A stretch of 63,542 nucleotides of DNA, counting the filler, from Bipalium vagum (taxonomy: Eukaryota), in assembly GCA_037834085.1 (NCBI GenBank). It is 3 parts of 3 records of this genome, joined end to end, with 100 filler letters (N's around TTAATTAATTAA, not from the genome) between each part and the next. Parts side by side here need not be neighbours in the genome. Positions count along the whole stretch, not along the records: positions 1 to 24,166 come from JBBMKC010202605.1; 2 more parts are not named here. The stretch is one strand, 5' to 3'. Below are positions 1 to 15,300 of the stretch, one piece after another. Within the stretch, counting starts at the first letter, position 1. Each line of letters begins with the position of its first letter. The position numbers and the translations under genes were made by a program. Under the pieces are notes generated by a model. It was given only the letters and a program-made list of their open reading frames with translations. It had not been told where the DNA came from and ran no database searches.

Positions 1-2436
1 ATGTTTGATAATTTTTATTTTTTGTCTTTCATTATAAAGTCTTAAAAAACGCGAGTTATTATGACTCACCCTAATAACAAAAAATTAATTAAAATTTTGA
101 TTATTAAATTATTTTTTTTTATTTGAAGCCTTCAGGTAAAACAATGTTAATTATTTTAATATAAAAATTTAAATAATTAAATAAATTTAATATAATTAAT
201 TCAAATAAAATAAATTTATATAATTAATTCAAATAAAACAAATGTAATGAGATTAATCTTCAGTTTTATAAATATAAAATTTTAATAATAAATAAAATAA
301 TTAAAAAAAATGACAAACTTTTTAAAAAATAAAAATTTATATTTTTGGTATATATAATAATGTTTTGGTAACATGTCCCCTTCATACTTAGAGATTTTAA
401 ATTTTTCATAAAATATATTTGAAAAATCTTATTTAAACACTGCTAAAGAAGAATAAATCAATAAAAAAACATTTTAAATATAATAAAAACACCAAAAATA
501 TTAGACGACACCAATTTAACAAGAAAAATATTTTAATTATTTTTAGCGGCAACCTTAAAACTGGAAGCCTGGCTGGTTTTCCACTAATTCGAGTAATTGG
601 ATAAGTTTTCCATTAAATTCTTTAATTTATTTAATTAATAATATTTTAATTAATTTCAAGACAAAGCAAAAATCATTGAAAACAGAAATTAAAATTCAAC
701 AAAAAATTCTTTTTAATCTTAATTAAATATAATACTTTCGTACGTGAGCAATAATTACCCCAAAGCCAAAAACGATAAAAAGTGGGATTTACATTGTCTC
801 CTATTTTTATTATTAAAAAAAAATAATTCACTTTTGTGTTGCTGTGACAATTCATTCTCGTGTCCATTATCTTCCATTCGCTTTTCGAGTGTTGTGGAAA
901 AAGAAAACGGTTTTAATCTATAACAAAAGATTTGCGTGATTTATATTGCTTAATGTCTCACTGAATTTGTTTAAATGAACTATTTTAATCAACTTTTCCC
1001 ACACTTTTCTTTAAAATGATGATATACACAAATTTTAACATGAAATTAGTGATTCCTGGACGCTATTTAAAATTTAAGGTTAACACAAATTATTAAAAAA
1101 CCTAGGTAATAAATTCAGTTAGATTTACCCTCTACATTTTACAATAGGTTTCAATATATAATGTTAATAGGGTATCCTATCAGAATTCCCATTTCATGCT
1201 ATAATTTTAAAAAGATTTTAATTGTATTATCTAATCATGTCTCATTTCCTGTCTATTTCCAAGACTAAATTGTCATATGAAAAATAAAGCCAAGGCACTT
1301 TATGATATAAAACAGATCGTAACCTTGGTTATGGTTACCATTCTAAAGAAGGATATTTGCATTACTACGAAATATTTTACGACTACTTCTGAAATTGTAC
1401 TAAGTTCTAAGGAATATGTTTTGATTTCGTGTATTTAAGTATACGATCATATTTCATGTGTTTCCTTCTATTTTAGATCAGTGATCTTTGGTTACATTGA
1501 TTATTTTGATCATGGTTTTAAGAATCCTTTACCATTACTTTTCAAATCTCAAAGAATAATATTTTAAGTAAAGTTTTTAATTGTATTCGTAGGAACTATT
1601 TTTTATCGTAGAAAATCTTTCTCTTATTATAAAATCCTTTAGTAAAGACTTTTTCTGTTTTATTTCCTCATGAATAAATATTTTTTGTGATTAATTGAAT
1701 TTTTTAACTGAGGATAAAATTATTGATGTCATATTTCATTAATGATTTCAAATTGATCATTGATAAAAGTCGTATCACTCATGAATATGATATGAGTTTC
1801 TTCTGTTCATATAAGATATAAACATATTTACTGAGAAAGTCGATATGGTAACGAAAATCCATTTTCTGTAGTGATGAGTAATTTTGATAATAACGAAGCC
1901 AAAAAGAGTGAGTCATCGTTAGTCAAAAGAAAACTTGAAAATATTATTATAATTAAATCGTAGGATGGATAAAGCAGAAATCAATGTATATTTAATTTTT
2001 CTGAAAATAATATCGCGGTTAAGTCAATTAAAAATTATTATACTAAATTATTGGAAAAAAATTGTTAATTTTAATTGGAAGAAAAGTCTTCAAAAAAATT
2101 ATTTTATAACTTTAACATTTTAACAATTTTACATTAATTATATATAAATATAATAGCAAAAAATATTGATTTTGGGAAAAAGTTATGTACATTTTTTGTA
2201 TTAAATAAATCAAATTCATCCAATAATAATGAATAAAAAATTATCAAATTTTTCATAGAGTAAATTCACTCAGGGTGATTTTAATCTTTAAAAATAAAAG
2301 ATTATATTTAATTTCATTTTATCAAAGTAAGTTAAAGTTTAAAAATTATTGATTTGGACATTCCAATAAATAACTTGCTGATGAACCATTTAAAGCTTTA
2401 TACTCAATAAATGCGTTTTAATAAAGTTAATCTTAG

Positions 2437-5400
2437 TCGGCAGAATATCTGAATTATATCAGTTGAGTGACCCGAGACTTTCAATGAAATGCTTGAAGAT
2501 GTCCAACTCCATCAGTCTTTCAGAAGAAAGTACGTTATATTCATATCAGGTTTCTTTATACTTATAAATGATGATAAATATTTTCTTTGAAAGAATATAA
2601 TAAAACCCTACCATAATATGTTTTAATAAGGTCAATTATAAATTATTATATTTAATTATTATTATTTAATTATTATTATGATTATTATTTTTATTTTTCA
2701 ATTTTTTGAACAAGTATTAGGTTATCATGTAATTATGTAGTTTATTTTAAAAGAAGATTTTTGTCTTTTGTTTAAATTTGTAAATTTCTTTTAAGAGATC
2801 TATCCTTTTATATTATGATTTGCTCTGGTCGAATATTTTATGCATGATTTTAGAAATGGAAATAGGAAATGGAAAATTATTCGATCCATTATATTGTACC
2901 AATTTAAAAAATCTCAAGAAATAAAAAAGTGTTTAGGCTGCCCGGTACCTATAATTTGAAAGAATTAGAAATAGTTAGGAAAAATTTGAATAGAAACATC
3001 CAAAGAAAAAACTAGAAATTTAATTGGAATGCATTGACGAAGTATGAAGGGAGACATGTAATTGATTAAATATTTACTGTTTGTATTAAATTGTCAGATA
3101 AGAATTCGTAAGAGGAAATACGACGTTTATTGATTAATTACAAATACAAGGAATTATGTTATTCATCAAAGTATCACACAAATATCTAAGTTGACCTTCA
3201 AAATGACAATTAGTAATTGGGAGATTTACAATTTGAAAATTCGATACACTTTTTTCATCATTTTTTAATATTTAAAATAAAACGATTAATTAAATCTCGC
3301 CAAAAAACCTCAAAATCGATAAATCCAGCATCTAATTGTTTTAAAAATCGATTTAAATTAATTACTGTGTTAATATTTATAAAATATTAATTTTATTAAT
3401 TAAAAAAAGTTATTTATTNNNNNNNNNNNNNNNNNNNNNNNNNNNNNNNNNNNNNNNNNNNNNNNNNNNNNNNNNNNNNNNNNNNNNNNNNNNNNNNNNN
3501 NNNNNNNNNNNNNNNNNNNNNNNNNNNNNNNNNNNNNNNNNNNNNNNNNNNNNNNNNNNTATTAATAATATAATAATAATAATAATTTTCAACTTAATAA
3601 ATCAATGCCAATTTGAGTCGAATGAGCAGAATTTGGAATTAGAAATTTTTCGTTAGCGTTGATAAGTATTAACTTCAGTATTTGTTCTAGTAGAATTATT
3701 GTAGCATTCTTATTACGATTTTTTATTTTTTTTATTAACAATTTCAGTACAATAATGTGATGGAAATAATGTAAAAAATTAAAAATTCCAAAAAAATTAA
3801 TTTAAAAAATTAATTATTTCACAAAAATTTACATTTCAGGCAATGTGTTTTGCTTGGACATAATAATATTGATAATTTTTAATGAAAAGACGGAGAAATA
3901 ATTAATTGAAAATACCAATCAGAATTAATTTAAAAAATAAATAAATCATCAAAGGAATAAAGGATTATTATGAGTTCAGCCATAAATCATCTGTCACCAT
4001 GTTTCTATTTCTATAAATAACTGCATATTTATTATTTTTTATTATTTGTTTTAATTCTTCGCTTTTGTTATAAAATATAACTGGGTCTTGGAAAATCCTT
4101 TCTGTAGAAATTGTGATATCAAATGGCTTTTAAGTCACAGGGTTCCTTCATTTGACAGAAGGTTGGGAATTTTTGTACTTTGAATACTTTCTCAAGGTCG
4201 TTTTAAATTTTTTAACTGTGGTACAAATGGAACGATATGAAATAGCTAACCAGCATCTTTTAAACTATTAAAAAAGAATTAAGTTCCTTAACTTTAATTT
4301 TATTGTCTAAAAAACTAAAATCGGTAAGAGACCAAGGTCTAGTGTATTTATAACTTAGTGGGTATAGCATAATTTGTTTATATTCATTTGATGTCTTGAT
4401 GTAAGAATATTTCTCTTTTATCAATCAAACCTGGTGCTCTTCATATAGAGCTACATTGAACTTGGTGTTTTCATTACAATACCACCACCATTCTTTCAAC
4501 ATGTAGGGGAAGATATTACAAATAATACCCAAGTAGTTTCACCAAAATCATATCAAGACTTTCATGCACGGAAATCAATCTTTATAACTACTTTTGTACT
4601 TTAAACGTTCTTGTGGTACTTCATTATATAGAATGATCTTGATTTCTTGCTGGTATCTAAAGATATCTAAAGACACCTATCAGTGAGCGCCAGAATAGAA
4701 ATGAGATTCACTTTATGCTTTCAACTGTCTACTACAACAAATTTAATTAAAAAAGAATATTTAAAGACAATTGAACCCGCTTAGCTTGAACATTATTTAG
4801 CATGAAGATTTTTTTACTTGAAAAAAATTGTTTTTTGTGAATATTGATCTAAATTACGAAACATTTTGTATCTTTAAACTTGGGTATTGCGTAACTTTGA
4901 ACATGAACATTAACATTTCAAAAAATATTTACATTTTATATATAGAATAAGTGTTAGAATTTGTTTGGTTAGCTTGAACATTTTAAAAGTACAAAAATAT
5001 CTTAAATTTATATATTTGTACCATTTGATGGAAAATAATAAAAAGAAGGGCAACCAGATGACTATCGACATCAAGAAGGCAATGTTATTAGATATCGTGA
5101 GTCGAAGACTCCACAGAGAAATCTGGCTGAAGAATACAAATGCTCTTTATTAGATTCTTTTCGATTAAAAAAGAAGTCTTGGGATTCAATATCGGTTGAC
5201 ATCATTACAAGTTTTTTTTTAATACAAATTTACTCAAAGACAACATTGATGATAAGACTGAATTCAATAATTCACCCAGTTGAAATAGTATGGAAGTTGA
5301 TTTTGACTCTTTTATCTACGAGAAGATATTTTCATGTGATCATGACATTGATTTTAGCAATAAACTCCAAGGTGGAATAAATGATAAACAAGACATGGAT

Positions 5401-8400
5401 GAAGAGAATGGGATTAATCCTGTAAATGAAAATTGGATCTTTTACCTTTTCTCCCCACGTGGAGAAAAATCAGGAAGAGAATTTTATTGAGTGGTTACAG
5501 AAAAATCTCGAACTAATCCATACTGTTACAACATATGTAATTGTTAATTTTATTTTTCCAAAGGTGTTTTCAAACAATGCTTACCATATAAATGATGTGC
5601 TAAGTCAATTATAAGAAATATATTAGAATACGGATAGATTCTATTTTCGTGAGATATCGATTTCATATAAGTATTGGTTTGAAGTTGCTAAATTGATGTT
5701 GATAAAAAAGTTTTGATTGACTTCTATGATGACTTAAGAAAATGTTGTGATAATTATCACACAGTAAATCCTTGTAAAATAGGTTGTCATAGAATTATAT
5801 GCCAGGTTGGTCAAAGTTTATTTAGACATAAACCTAAATATCAGCAAAGCCATGCAACTGAATACGAAATCAGGATACTTGAAATTGCAACTACCAGTCT
5901 TGAACCATCAAAAATATACCTATAGGTAGTTGAAAACAGAAAAGAAGACACTCTACTACCAATAGTTAAAAATGTATGCCGAAGGAGTACAATTAATATA
6001 AGTGATCAATAGAAAATGTATAATGATAATGAAAAAGTTGGATTTCGTCATTTGAAAGTCAACCATTCATTATATATTTTGTAGATCCAAAACCACGTGA
6101 GAATACACAAGCAATTGACTATTAATTTATTATTATCATTAATTAATTATTTTTTTATTGGGGCAAAATCAGGAAAAGATTTTTATTGAGGGAAAAAAGG
6201 TAAAAGATCCAGATAATTTCATATACGATTTATCATGTTCCGAATCTCTGAATTGTTTTAAGAATCTTGAATTATCGTTGGTTCAAAATTGTCCCGGTAA
6301 GCTGGATTCTTTTATATTATTCAAAATGAAATGATCAAAACTAAAAAGAAAGTTTTTTATTATTTCTCCAGTATAAGCCGAGTTTGTAATGAATAATAAA
6401 ATTTTGTGACGTCACAACCTTGCTTTCATTTATTTCTATAATGTAATGTTTGTTTGCGTAAAATTAACTTTTATCTTGAACATTTACACAAATGAACAAC
6501 TTACAATTTTGGTCACTTGATTTTCATGTTAAACAGGTTCAATTGTATATTTTTAATTGATTTATTTTTCACTCCTTCTAAAAGAGATTATTTAAACAAA
6601 TGACATTTAAAAATCAATTCACAAGTACATTACATTTTTGAAGTAAAGTTAATAAAATATTATCAACTTCATTATTTATTTTTATAAAAGAAATTTTTTG
6701 ATAATAAAAAAATATTGTTTTATTTTTTTAAAATAACTTTTTTTTATTAATTTACAGTTCGGAAAAATTTCGCTTGTGACAAAAAATTTCTTGGTTTTGT
6801 TTTAATTAATTTCACATGGAAGGGTTGAATTTTTTTATTGAATTATTTTGAATAAGACAATTAGCAAAGGAATAATTTCGCTTTGATTTTCGTTAATTTT
6901 GACCCAATCTTATTAAATAAATAAAAAGTTCAGAATATTTTATTTTATATATTAATGTATTAATTTTAGGAAACCTTCGTTTGACTGGAAATAGATTTAA
7001 CATGTCCCTAAAATATAACGAAAATAAATAAAATATGGATTTTTTTATTTTATAAATGCTGACTTCAAATTACCAAAATTATTTTCATAGAATAATATCA
7101 AAATTAACGAAATAATAAAAAATGTGGCAGTATAATGGATATTCTGGGGAAAATCTCGCAATAGGGGGCGAGTATTTCCTTCAACAGCTGCTTTTAATCG
7201 GTCATTACTTAGGTAGCAAACCCGATTTCTACCGTCTTTATTTACCGAGCTCATTGCGTCATCGCAAAATTTATTGATCGACCACCGGCTGATCAGCTCA
7301 TTACTCCTGCATTAACCCATTGCAATGTTGATGTTTTCAGCTGTCTCTGAAGCATTGTGCTTGAGTTTAAACTTGTACAATATGCATATTAAAATTTGTT
7401 GATCTATCCTAATTATTATTTATTGAAAATCAATAGACATACCTATTCAATGTAAAAAAACCTTGAAATCTCTGCTTTAATTTGGTATGTTTAAACAAGA
7501 CGTTCATTTATTGAATAATTTCATTTTGAAAGTTTAGATAAAGAATATTCATACTGGACAATCTAATATATAAATAATGACAGGTAAGAATTGTAACCTT
7601 GAAATTTTACTTTTCAATTTTCAATTTTCCCAAATATCAATTTTTTATTTATATTTTATTATTTTAAGTAATTAATAAATAAACAGTCAAAAATTCTCAC
7701 TTATATCGATTTTCAGTTGAAATTTGTCCAAATTGGCCAGATTCTGATCGAACCAGAGCCAGGAGACGTCTTTGTCGTTTGGTAGAAGGGTACAGATCCC
7801 TTTGCTCTTGCAGCTCAGCTGATAACATTTCTCACTTCAAAACTGGTCCAGTAAATATTTCTCTTTAATTTCCTTTTGAAATAAATGTAAAATAAAATTT
7901 TCAAAAATAAATAAATTATCAAAAAATAATTTTTTCTTGTTTAAATTCAGCTAAAATAACTGATGAAAAATATTCCTTTAATTTTTATGAATTAATTTTT
8001 CATTATATTTATTTATAAATAATTTCAGAAATAAATATGGAATATCGTGGAATTTTTTAAATGAAAAATATAAAAAATTAACAAAACGGAAAATATTTTT
8101 CCATTACAAAATCAACAAACACAAAATATAACATAATTATTTCTCAATCATTAAAACAAACCTAATTAAAATATCCGTATTAATGTCTTGATTAAACCAG
8201 AAATATTTTGTTTTAATGTTTTTAAAAAGTAAAGCAATTATTAAATTTATGATAAAAAAAAGTATTTCATTCATGTCCAATATTGAAAGGAAAGTTTTGT
8301 TGACAAAAACGTCAACGTTATCCATTTCCATAGACGATAGTATAGAAATAATTTAATTATTATGTTTAAGAAGATAATTTTATTGAATATCTGTCGAAAT

Positions 8401-8613
8401 CAATTGTGAACTGTCTAAAGAAATTAATTAATTTTCTCGGACATGAATAGCCTTCAAAAACCGTAATAAAACTATTAGCTGAAAAAAGAAATAAAAATGT
8501 CTTTTATTTCTATGATAAAAAATATTAATTATTTTTTTATTTATTATTAATAATAGTATTTATTTTAGATTTTCATATGAAAATTAAAAGTATCACAATT
8601 TTTTAATATTTTA

Positions 8614-8650
<37 letters not shown>

Positions 8651-11600
8651 ATTATTATTTATTAATTAATCATCGAAAAATTAAAGTTAATTATTTATGT
8701 AAATTATTAATGATTAAATTCATTGTATAAAATCAATTCAATAATATCTTACATCGAAAAATTGGCTAAATTCAATATATAAAAATTTTAATTATTTTCT
8801 TTTTAAAATAATGATAATAATTTTTTATTATTATTATTTTATTATTATTATTTTTATTATTACAAATTATATTATATTTTCCTATAATTTCCAGAACATA
8901 ACCTATATCCATATACCAATTATTATCGTAGGCATAAATGATCCTCATTATTTATTAAGGTAATTTTATATTTTCACTTGGTTTTTTATATATATTTTAA
9001 AAGTATAGATTTGAAAATATTTTTATTATATTTTACATAGATTATTTATAAAATATCGATAAATTTTGTTCTTAACATTGATTTTTACAATAAATAAATA
9101 TTTGGGGTACAAATAAATAATGCGAATTTTCTTAAAAGAGATTTATTGATTATCGAAATATATTGGTGAATTTAAATATAAATAAATGTAATCATTTAAA
9201 TTTTCATAATATGTTTATAATTATTATTTTTCAAAATTGTTATTTCAAAATTTATAGATCTAAATATGTCAACATTTACGCAAAGCAAAGAACACTTGAG
9301 AGAAGCTGAATAAAATTGCCGCAGAAAGCTGCAGTGTAATATCCGAAGTTTATCGAAAATATGTAGTTTTTCAGGAAACATGCGAAAGTTGGTTTCACCG
9401 CTTCAAAGTAATGATTTCAGTGTAAAGGATAAAGAACTCCCAGACCGTCTTTCCTCTTACAACGGCACAAAAGAAAGTCCTTCTTCAATTGATTATTAAC
9501 AGGAGATTAAAAGTGGGTCTACTTTGAAAATCCCAAACGTACAAAAGTATGGATTAACCTAGGTCAACCATCAAAATAAACTGCAAGACCAGATCACTTT
9601 GAAAAAAAAACAAAGTTATGCGTCTGGCGAGATCAACAAGGCATGGTGTACCACGAGCTTCTCAAACCAGTTGAAAGTGTTAATTCGGAGAGCTACCAAA
9701 ACTAAATAGCCCAGCTGAATCAGTCTTTAATAGTTAAACGTCCAGAATGGGTCAATAAACATGAAAAAGTAATTCTTCTACATGACAACCCAAGGCCTCA
9801 CACTCCTAAAGCAGTTAAAAGCATGTTAAAAGATGAAATTGGAACAACTCACCCTCCCGCCGTATTCACTATATTTTGCTATGTCCGATTTTCACCTGTT
9901 CCGTTCAATGGCACATGGACTTACGGAGCAGCACTTCAAATCGTACGAAGATGTTCAAAATTGTGTCTCTGGATGATTCGCCTTGAAACCAAGAAATTTC
10001 TTTTGAGATGGTATCCATAAATTGACTGAAAGATGGGAGAAATAAGTGGATAAAAATGGCCATTATTTTGAATAAATTATGTTACATTTTTTTTTCGAAA
10101 TTACCATGCTTTGGTTATTTTAAAAATCTGCATTATTTATTTGTACCCATGATAAGACCTTCCTTTTTATTACAATTTTTTCCTTCTGATATTTAAGAGA
10201 TCAATAATGGAAGCATTGATAAACTCCTTAATACATGTATTTTTCAAATTTTTCTCAGAAAATATTATCAGATCTATTTATTGTGCTGATGACTAAGTGG
10301 ACTGATTTACGATAAAATTTGACTGAATTAAATTTTCTCTTTTTTAATATTTACCTCGTCATTTTTGTCCAGTGAATGATTTGTTAATAACAAAAACTGT
10401 ATAAAATAGATTGGGGTAAAAAACATTTATGATATATTATGTAACCAGTAAATTTCATAGGGTTTTTATAAAAATAGTTTGATTAACAAAGCAATAACAT
10501 AATTTTATTCATCGAAATATACTCATGGAAAAAAGTAAAAAGCACCCTAAAATTCTAAATAATTGTTAATAAAGTTAAAAAATTTTAAACTATTTTTCAT
10601 TGTTTAAATTTTTCAAATCTATTTACTTATAAGGTAAATTAATTTAAAAATATATCAATAATATTTAAATCATTATTTCATAGCTATTTCTCTATGACAA
10701 GATCAAAAGGTACCCCTCAATTGTCTCAGTTTGAACGAGGAAGAATTATTGGCATGTTAGAGGCTGGTTTGTCACAGTCAGAAATTTCATGTAAGGTAAG
10801 CTGCTCATGGTATGCAGTGCAATGTGCATGGAAACCCTGGTTGGAAACGAACGTTAACAAAAATTTGCCGCGATCCGGAAGACCCAAAATTACATCACAA
10901 AGAAATGATCGGCAGCTAATGAATGTCATTCGTTCGAATAGAATGACAACATACACAACATGCAGTTCCGCTGTCTCGAAGAATGATTAACAACAGAGCA
11001 CTGGAAGGTGGCTTTAGGAGTAGGCGTCATTTGTTGAGTTACCAGCACACTCAATGACGTTTTGCCAAAATTAGGTTAGTATTTTGTATGCCTTTTATGT
11101 AGAAAACCTGACCTCCTGCATCAATTCTCTCAATTTGTTTTGGAACTGATTTTGCCTTACTTGGCCAAATGTAAGTGTAATCGAAGTCTCATCAGTCAGA
11201 TTGAGCATTTTTGCAAGCTGTGAGCACATTACTCATGAATTTGACTAAATAACTTAATTAATATTATCTGTCTACTATCATTGGGTTCTCACTGCATACT
11301 TCGTTCGTTAAGCTGTAATCTCCGGAAGAAAATGTTTTAAATCAATTTTGAAAGCTTAGGATATGATCACTTGACTTGATACATTTTTTTTGGGCCACCA
11401 GTTTAAATTAGTATAATAAGTAAGCTCTTATTAATGATTTATTTGGGTTCATTTTAAATATGATTTCTAAAAATATATTACAATTTTATTTATTAAAATA
11501 AAAATGCATTAATCTAAAGCATAAAAAATACAAGCACGGTCTATATTAGCAAGTTCTACAACATTCATGGAAGCCTATGTTTAAAAATACGCAAATAATA

Positions 11601-12267
11601 TTCTGTTAATAGTATAACAAACTATATATTCATCTTTCACATTAAAAGATGTATAAGGAACATTTGTATAAAACAAATTGTACCTCACTGATTAACTTCA
11701 GTCCTTTAACCGTACTTGTTTAAATAATTCAATTAAATAACTTAAACTTATTGTTTAATTTGCAATTAAAAATCAAATTTTATTACTATAGCAACAAGTA
11801 AATTAAATTATTTAACCAAATATGGATAAAGGACTGAGGATCACCATTTGTGTGAGAAGTTGAAAATATATATATATATATATGAGTAACATATTAAATA
11901 TTTTAATTTAATTTGCAGAATATTGAGCTACAATATTTTAATGATTAAATAAATCAAATACTATTAATTAATTATATAAATCAATTAAAAGAAAAGTATA
12001 AATTAAACATTTTAAATAAAATAAGTATAAATTAAAAAAGCTCAATATATTCGAATTAAATGCAAATATTTTATGAAAAAAATAATGTAAATTCATTTCT
12101 TTTAATAACAAATAAAACAAAAACAGAAAAGATTTGAATAAATATATTCATTTTATGGAAGTTTGTGACATTTAGTAACAACTAACAATTTGTCTTTAAA
12201 AAAATCTAATTGCTCAAAATAATTCATGCCTTATATTTTGAAAAATAATATATGAAAGGTAAAGAAA

Positions 12268-12300
<33 letters not shown>

Positions 12301-15300
12301 TGATAATAAAATATTTTAGAAATTTAAATAATTTTAATTTTGATGATAATAATATCGCAATCAATCATAAATGACATTTTCAACCAGGGAATGCCAACTA
12401 GCAAGCTCACGATTTTTATTTACGTAAATCATATTTAATTTAATTTATTGTATTTTAATTAAATTAACAGTGTTCAAATATCATGAACAGATGTTGGGTT
12501 TCCGGAGACTGTTTATCATTTTAATTTTCCATTTTCATTTAGAGCGATCTCAAGTCTCACCAATGTTGAAGGAATCCACCCAAAAAATATACTGATCTTT
12601 ATTGATGAAAATTATGAGGTAAGCTCATTTTAATTTTATTATTATTGTTACACAAGACGTTTTCGTTGTTTAAATTTTTTGGGGATAATGTATATGGGTT
12701 AAGAAGTACTGTCTCCATATCATTTTATCATGCCACAATGTTCTTTCCAAAGACATCAGTCCACTCCACTTCTTCCTCTAGAGTAGCTCCATTTTTAGAG
12801 ATGAGATGGAGACTGTATCGTCTCCTTTTCATGCATGGATTGACTGTCATCTTTCCAGACGAATGTCTGGAGTCCACTTCATGAACCCTTCATTTCGTTA
12901 TTGACGACTCCGTTTTTTTACTGAATGAGAAATTGCCTCTAAAAACTGAAATGTACTCTTTTCTGTTATTCTTTAAAAATAATATGTAAACAAAATTTAT
13001 TAATATTTAGACCCATAATAACCGAAGATTTTAGGGTTTTACTTTTCTTTCTTTAACTCCAAACTCTGTGATTGTCTTCATATAAGGCGTTTTATTAGAT
13101 CATGAACATTTTTAATTTTAAAATCATAATATAATTATTATTTAATACTTTTAAAAGTATAAAAGTTAAAATAATAATATAAAATTCCTATCAATAAAAA
13201 TAAATATTTAAAATATATTAAAAATAAATTAATATGATAATAAGAAAATAATAATTAAAAATAATTAATTAGGTAAGTAATTAAATTTTATAATTATTTT
13301 AAATCAATGATTACATTTTATAATTAATTTAAATCAATAAATTTTAAACAATCGATAATTTAATTTTTGTTTGAAATTCTAATTTATGCCGAAAAAATGA
13401 ATAATAAAAATATAAATAAATAATAAAATTATACACAACACAAATCAATAAAATTGTATAACCAAAAAGAACACATTTTTATGAATTAAAATATAAAAAC
13501 TGTTTTATTGTTATTTTTACAAAATATAAAAATATATATATTCAGGAAAATAATAATTATTCACAGTTTCGTTAAAACAACTTTAATATGAAAGCCTAAA
13601 ATTCTAGATAATTATTTATTTATTTATTTATTATCTTACATAAAATAAAAAAAATATATTTAAATAATAAAAATTTAAAAATAATACAAATAAAAAATAT
13701 ATCGATCATTTTATTAGAGATATTTCAAAAAATTCTTTAAAAAGAAGCGTAAACGAAAAATCTTGAAAAAAATATCAACGATTTAAACAAAAACATTATT
13801 ATTAATTTTTAATTATAGATAATACTTTCAAGTTATTATAAAATAGTTCCACAGCATTAAAAAAATGGTTTCATAAAATAAATAAATATTTGAATTTTAT
13901 TTATTTAAAATTTTCATTTATTTTAATTATCCGTAGGCGATCTGTGGCATTTCACCTTGAATTAAAATCAGAAATAATTCGATTATTTAATGATCCTGAG
14001 CCCATTATACGATTTGTGGCCTGTCAAAGGATTCCCTACTAATTATGTTTTCTCTCTTTTATATATACATATATACTTCATTACGAAGATTCCTACTTTA
14101 TAAAGACTGTACAGTTCGCCCCTCCCCCTTTACTCTCCCGTTTCTAGAACATATTTTATCAGTTAGTTTTTTATACATGGCTACGTAGTGCCATAAGTAA
14201 TTTCTTTTTTATCAAATGAAAATTTTGTGTCATCATGATAATGATATTTTATTAGGAATCGAAGCTCATAGTTGATCTGTTCAAGCTTAAGCTGATCCGA
14301 ATTCGTCTTCAAAGCAACACTTATGGGCCATCAAAGACGTCTTACAAATTTAGAACAGCTATCGCCAACGCATTTCGATATTTTTATGTATGTTGTTTAT
14401 CTGAACTCAAAATTGTTTTTATTTTCATAAACAAAAGTCCACAATGAACAAAATATATTTATATATTATATTATATTATTTATATATTTGGTTGATTCAT
14501 AAATTCGGGCGTATTTAATGAAAATATTATGCATGTTTTAGAGATAAGAATCTACCAATCAAGCCAATTTTATTCAGAAAAATAACGACCATTATGTTCA
14601 ACTGTCTTAATCCAACGATGGGTAAGTTGTTTGATGCCACTCCGGTACCATGCTTTATCTTTGAAAAGGAAAAATTCACGACATCCATTTGCAACCTGTT
14701 CTATATATTCTCAAACTGTCGTTCTCCAGGGAAATGAGCCATTGATCGATAAAAGTGTAATCACTGGGTGCTAGATCTGGACTGAATGCAGGATGTGGTA
14801 AATTTCAATTCCTTCTAATTGGGTAATTTTATTTTGCGTTACTCGCGCAGTATGCGGACGAACATTTCCTATTGCAAAAGCACCTGCTTTCTGTTGACTA
14901 AAACAGGAAATTTATGGCTAATTGTTGGTACATCCGATCGAGTTGAGCAGACTATAACTCAGCAATAATGGTTTGGCCATCTGAAAGTACTTCGAAATGT
15001 TTAATCCCCTCAAAATTCCACCACACACACAACATGATCTTTTTTCCGAACGCATCTTGTTTTGGAACAGCCTTGGGCTTCTGTTCTGGTTCCAACCATT
15101 GATTTCTTTTGTTCGGTTTATAAAAATATATCCATTTTTCGTTCATCATTTGGATTATTTAATAATTGACAACAGATCGATAAACGGTGTTCAGCTTGAC
15201 TTGGTGTCAAATCATGAGGTACTTCAGAAACGCGCTTGTATCGCTTTTTATGTGGATGTAGATGACGAACCACCGATGTTTGTGATGTTCCGGTCTCAGC

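Noticed and set aside
547-591. Possible upstream POMGNT1-like exon
   Set aside because: Its phase does not join the 2437 exon and homology is not convincing.
10284-10327. TGATGA…CTGA…CTGA box C/D-like arrangement
   Set aside because: Too short (~45 nt), with no terminal stem or recognisable guide.
11170-11200. Minus-strand CTGATGAG hammerhead or box C motif
   Set aside because: Better read as TDET codons of a decayed transposase; there is no GAAA.
11833-11860. CTGAGGA…GAAG hammerhead-like motif
   Set aside because: It is part of the foldback element's inverted arm, and GAAA and stems I/III are absent.
12650-12950. GC-richer patch with a GGGTTAA piggyBac-like end
   Set aside because: No partner terminus or transposase motif found, so it cannot be assigned.
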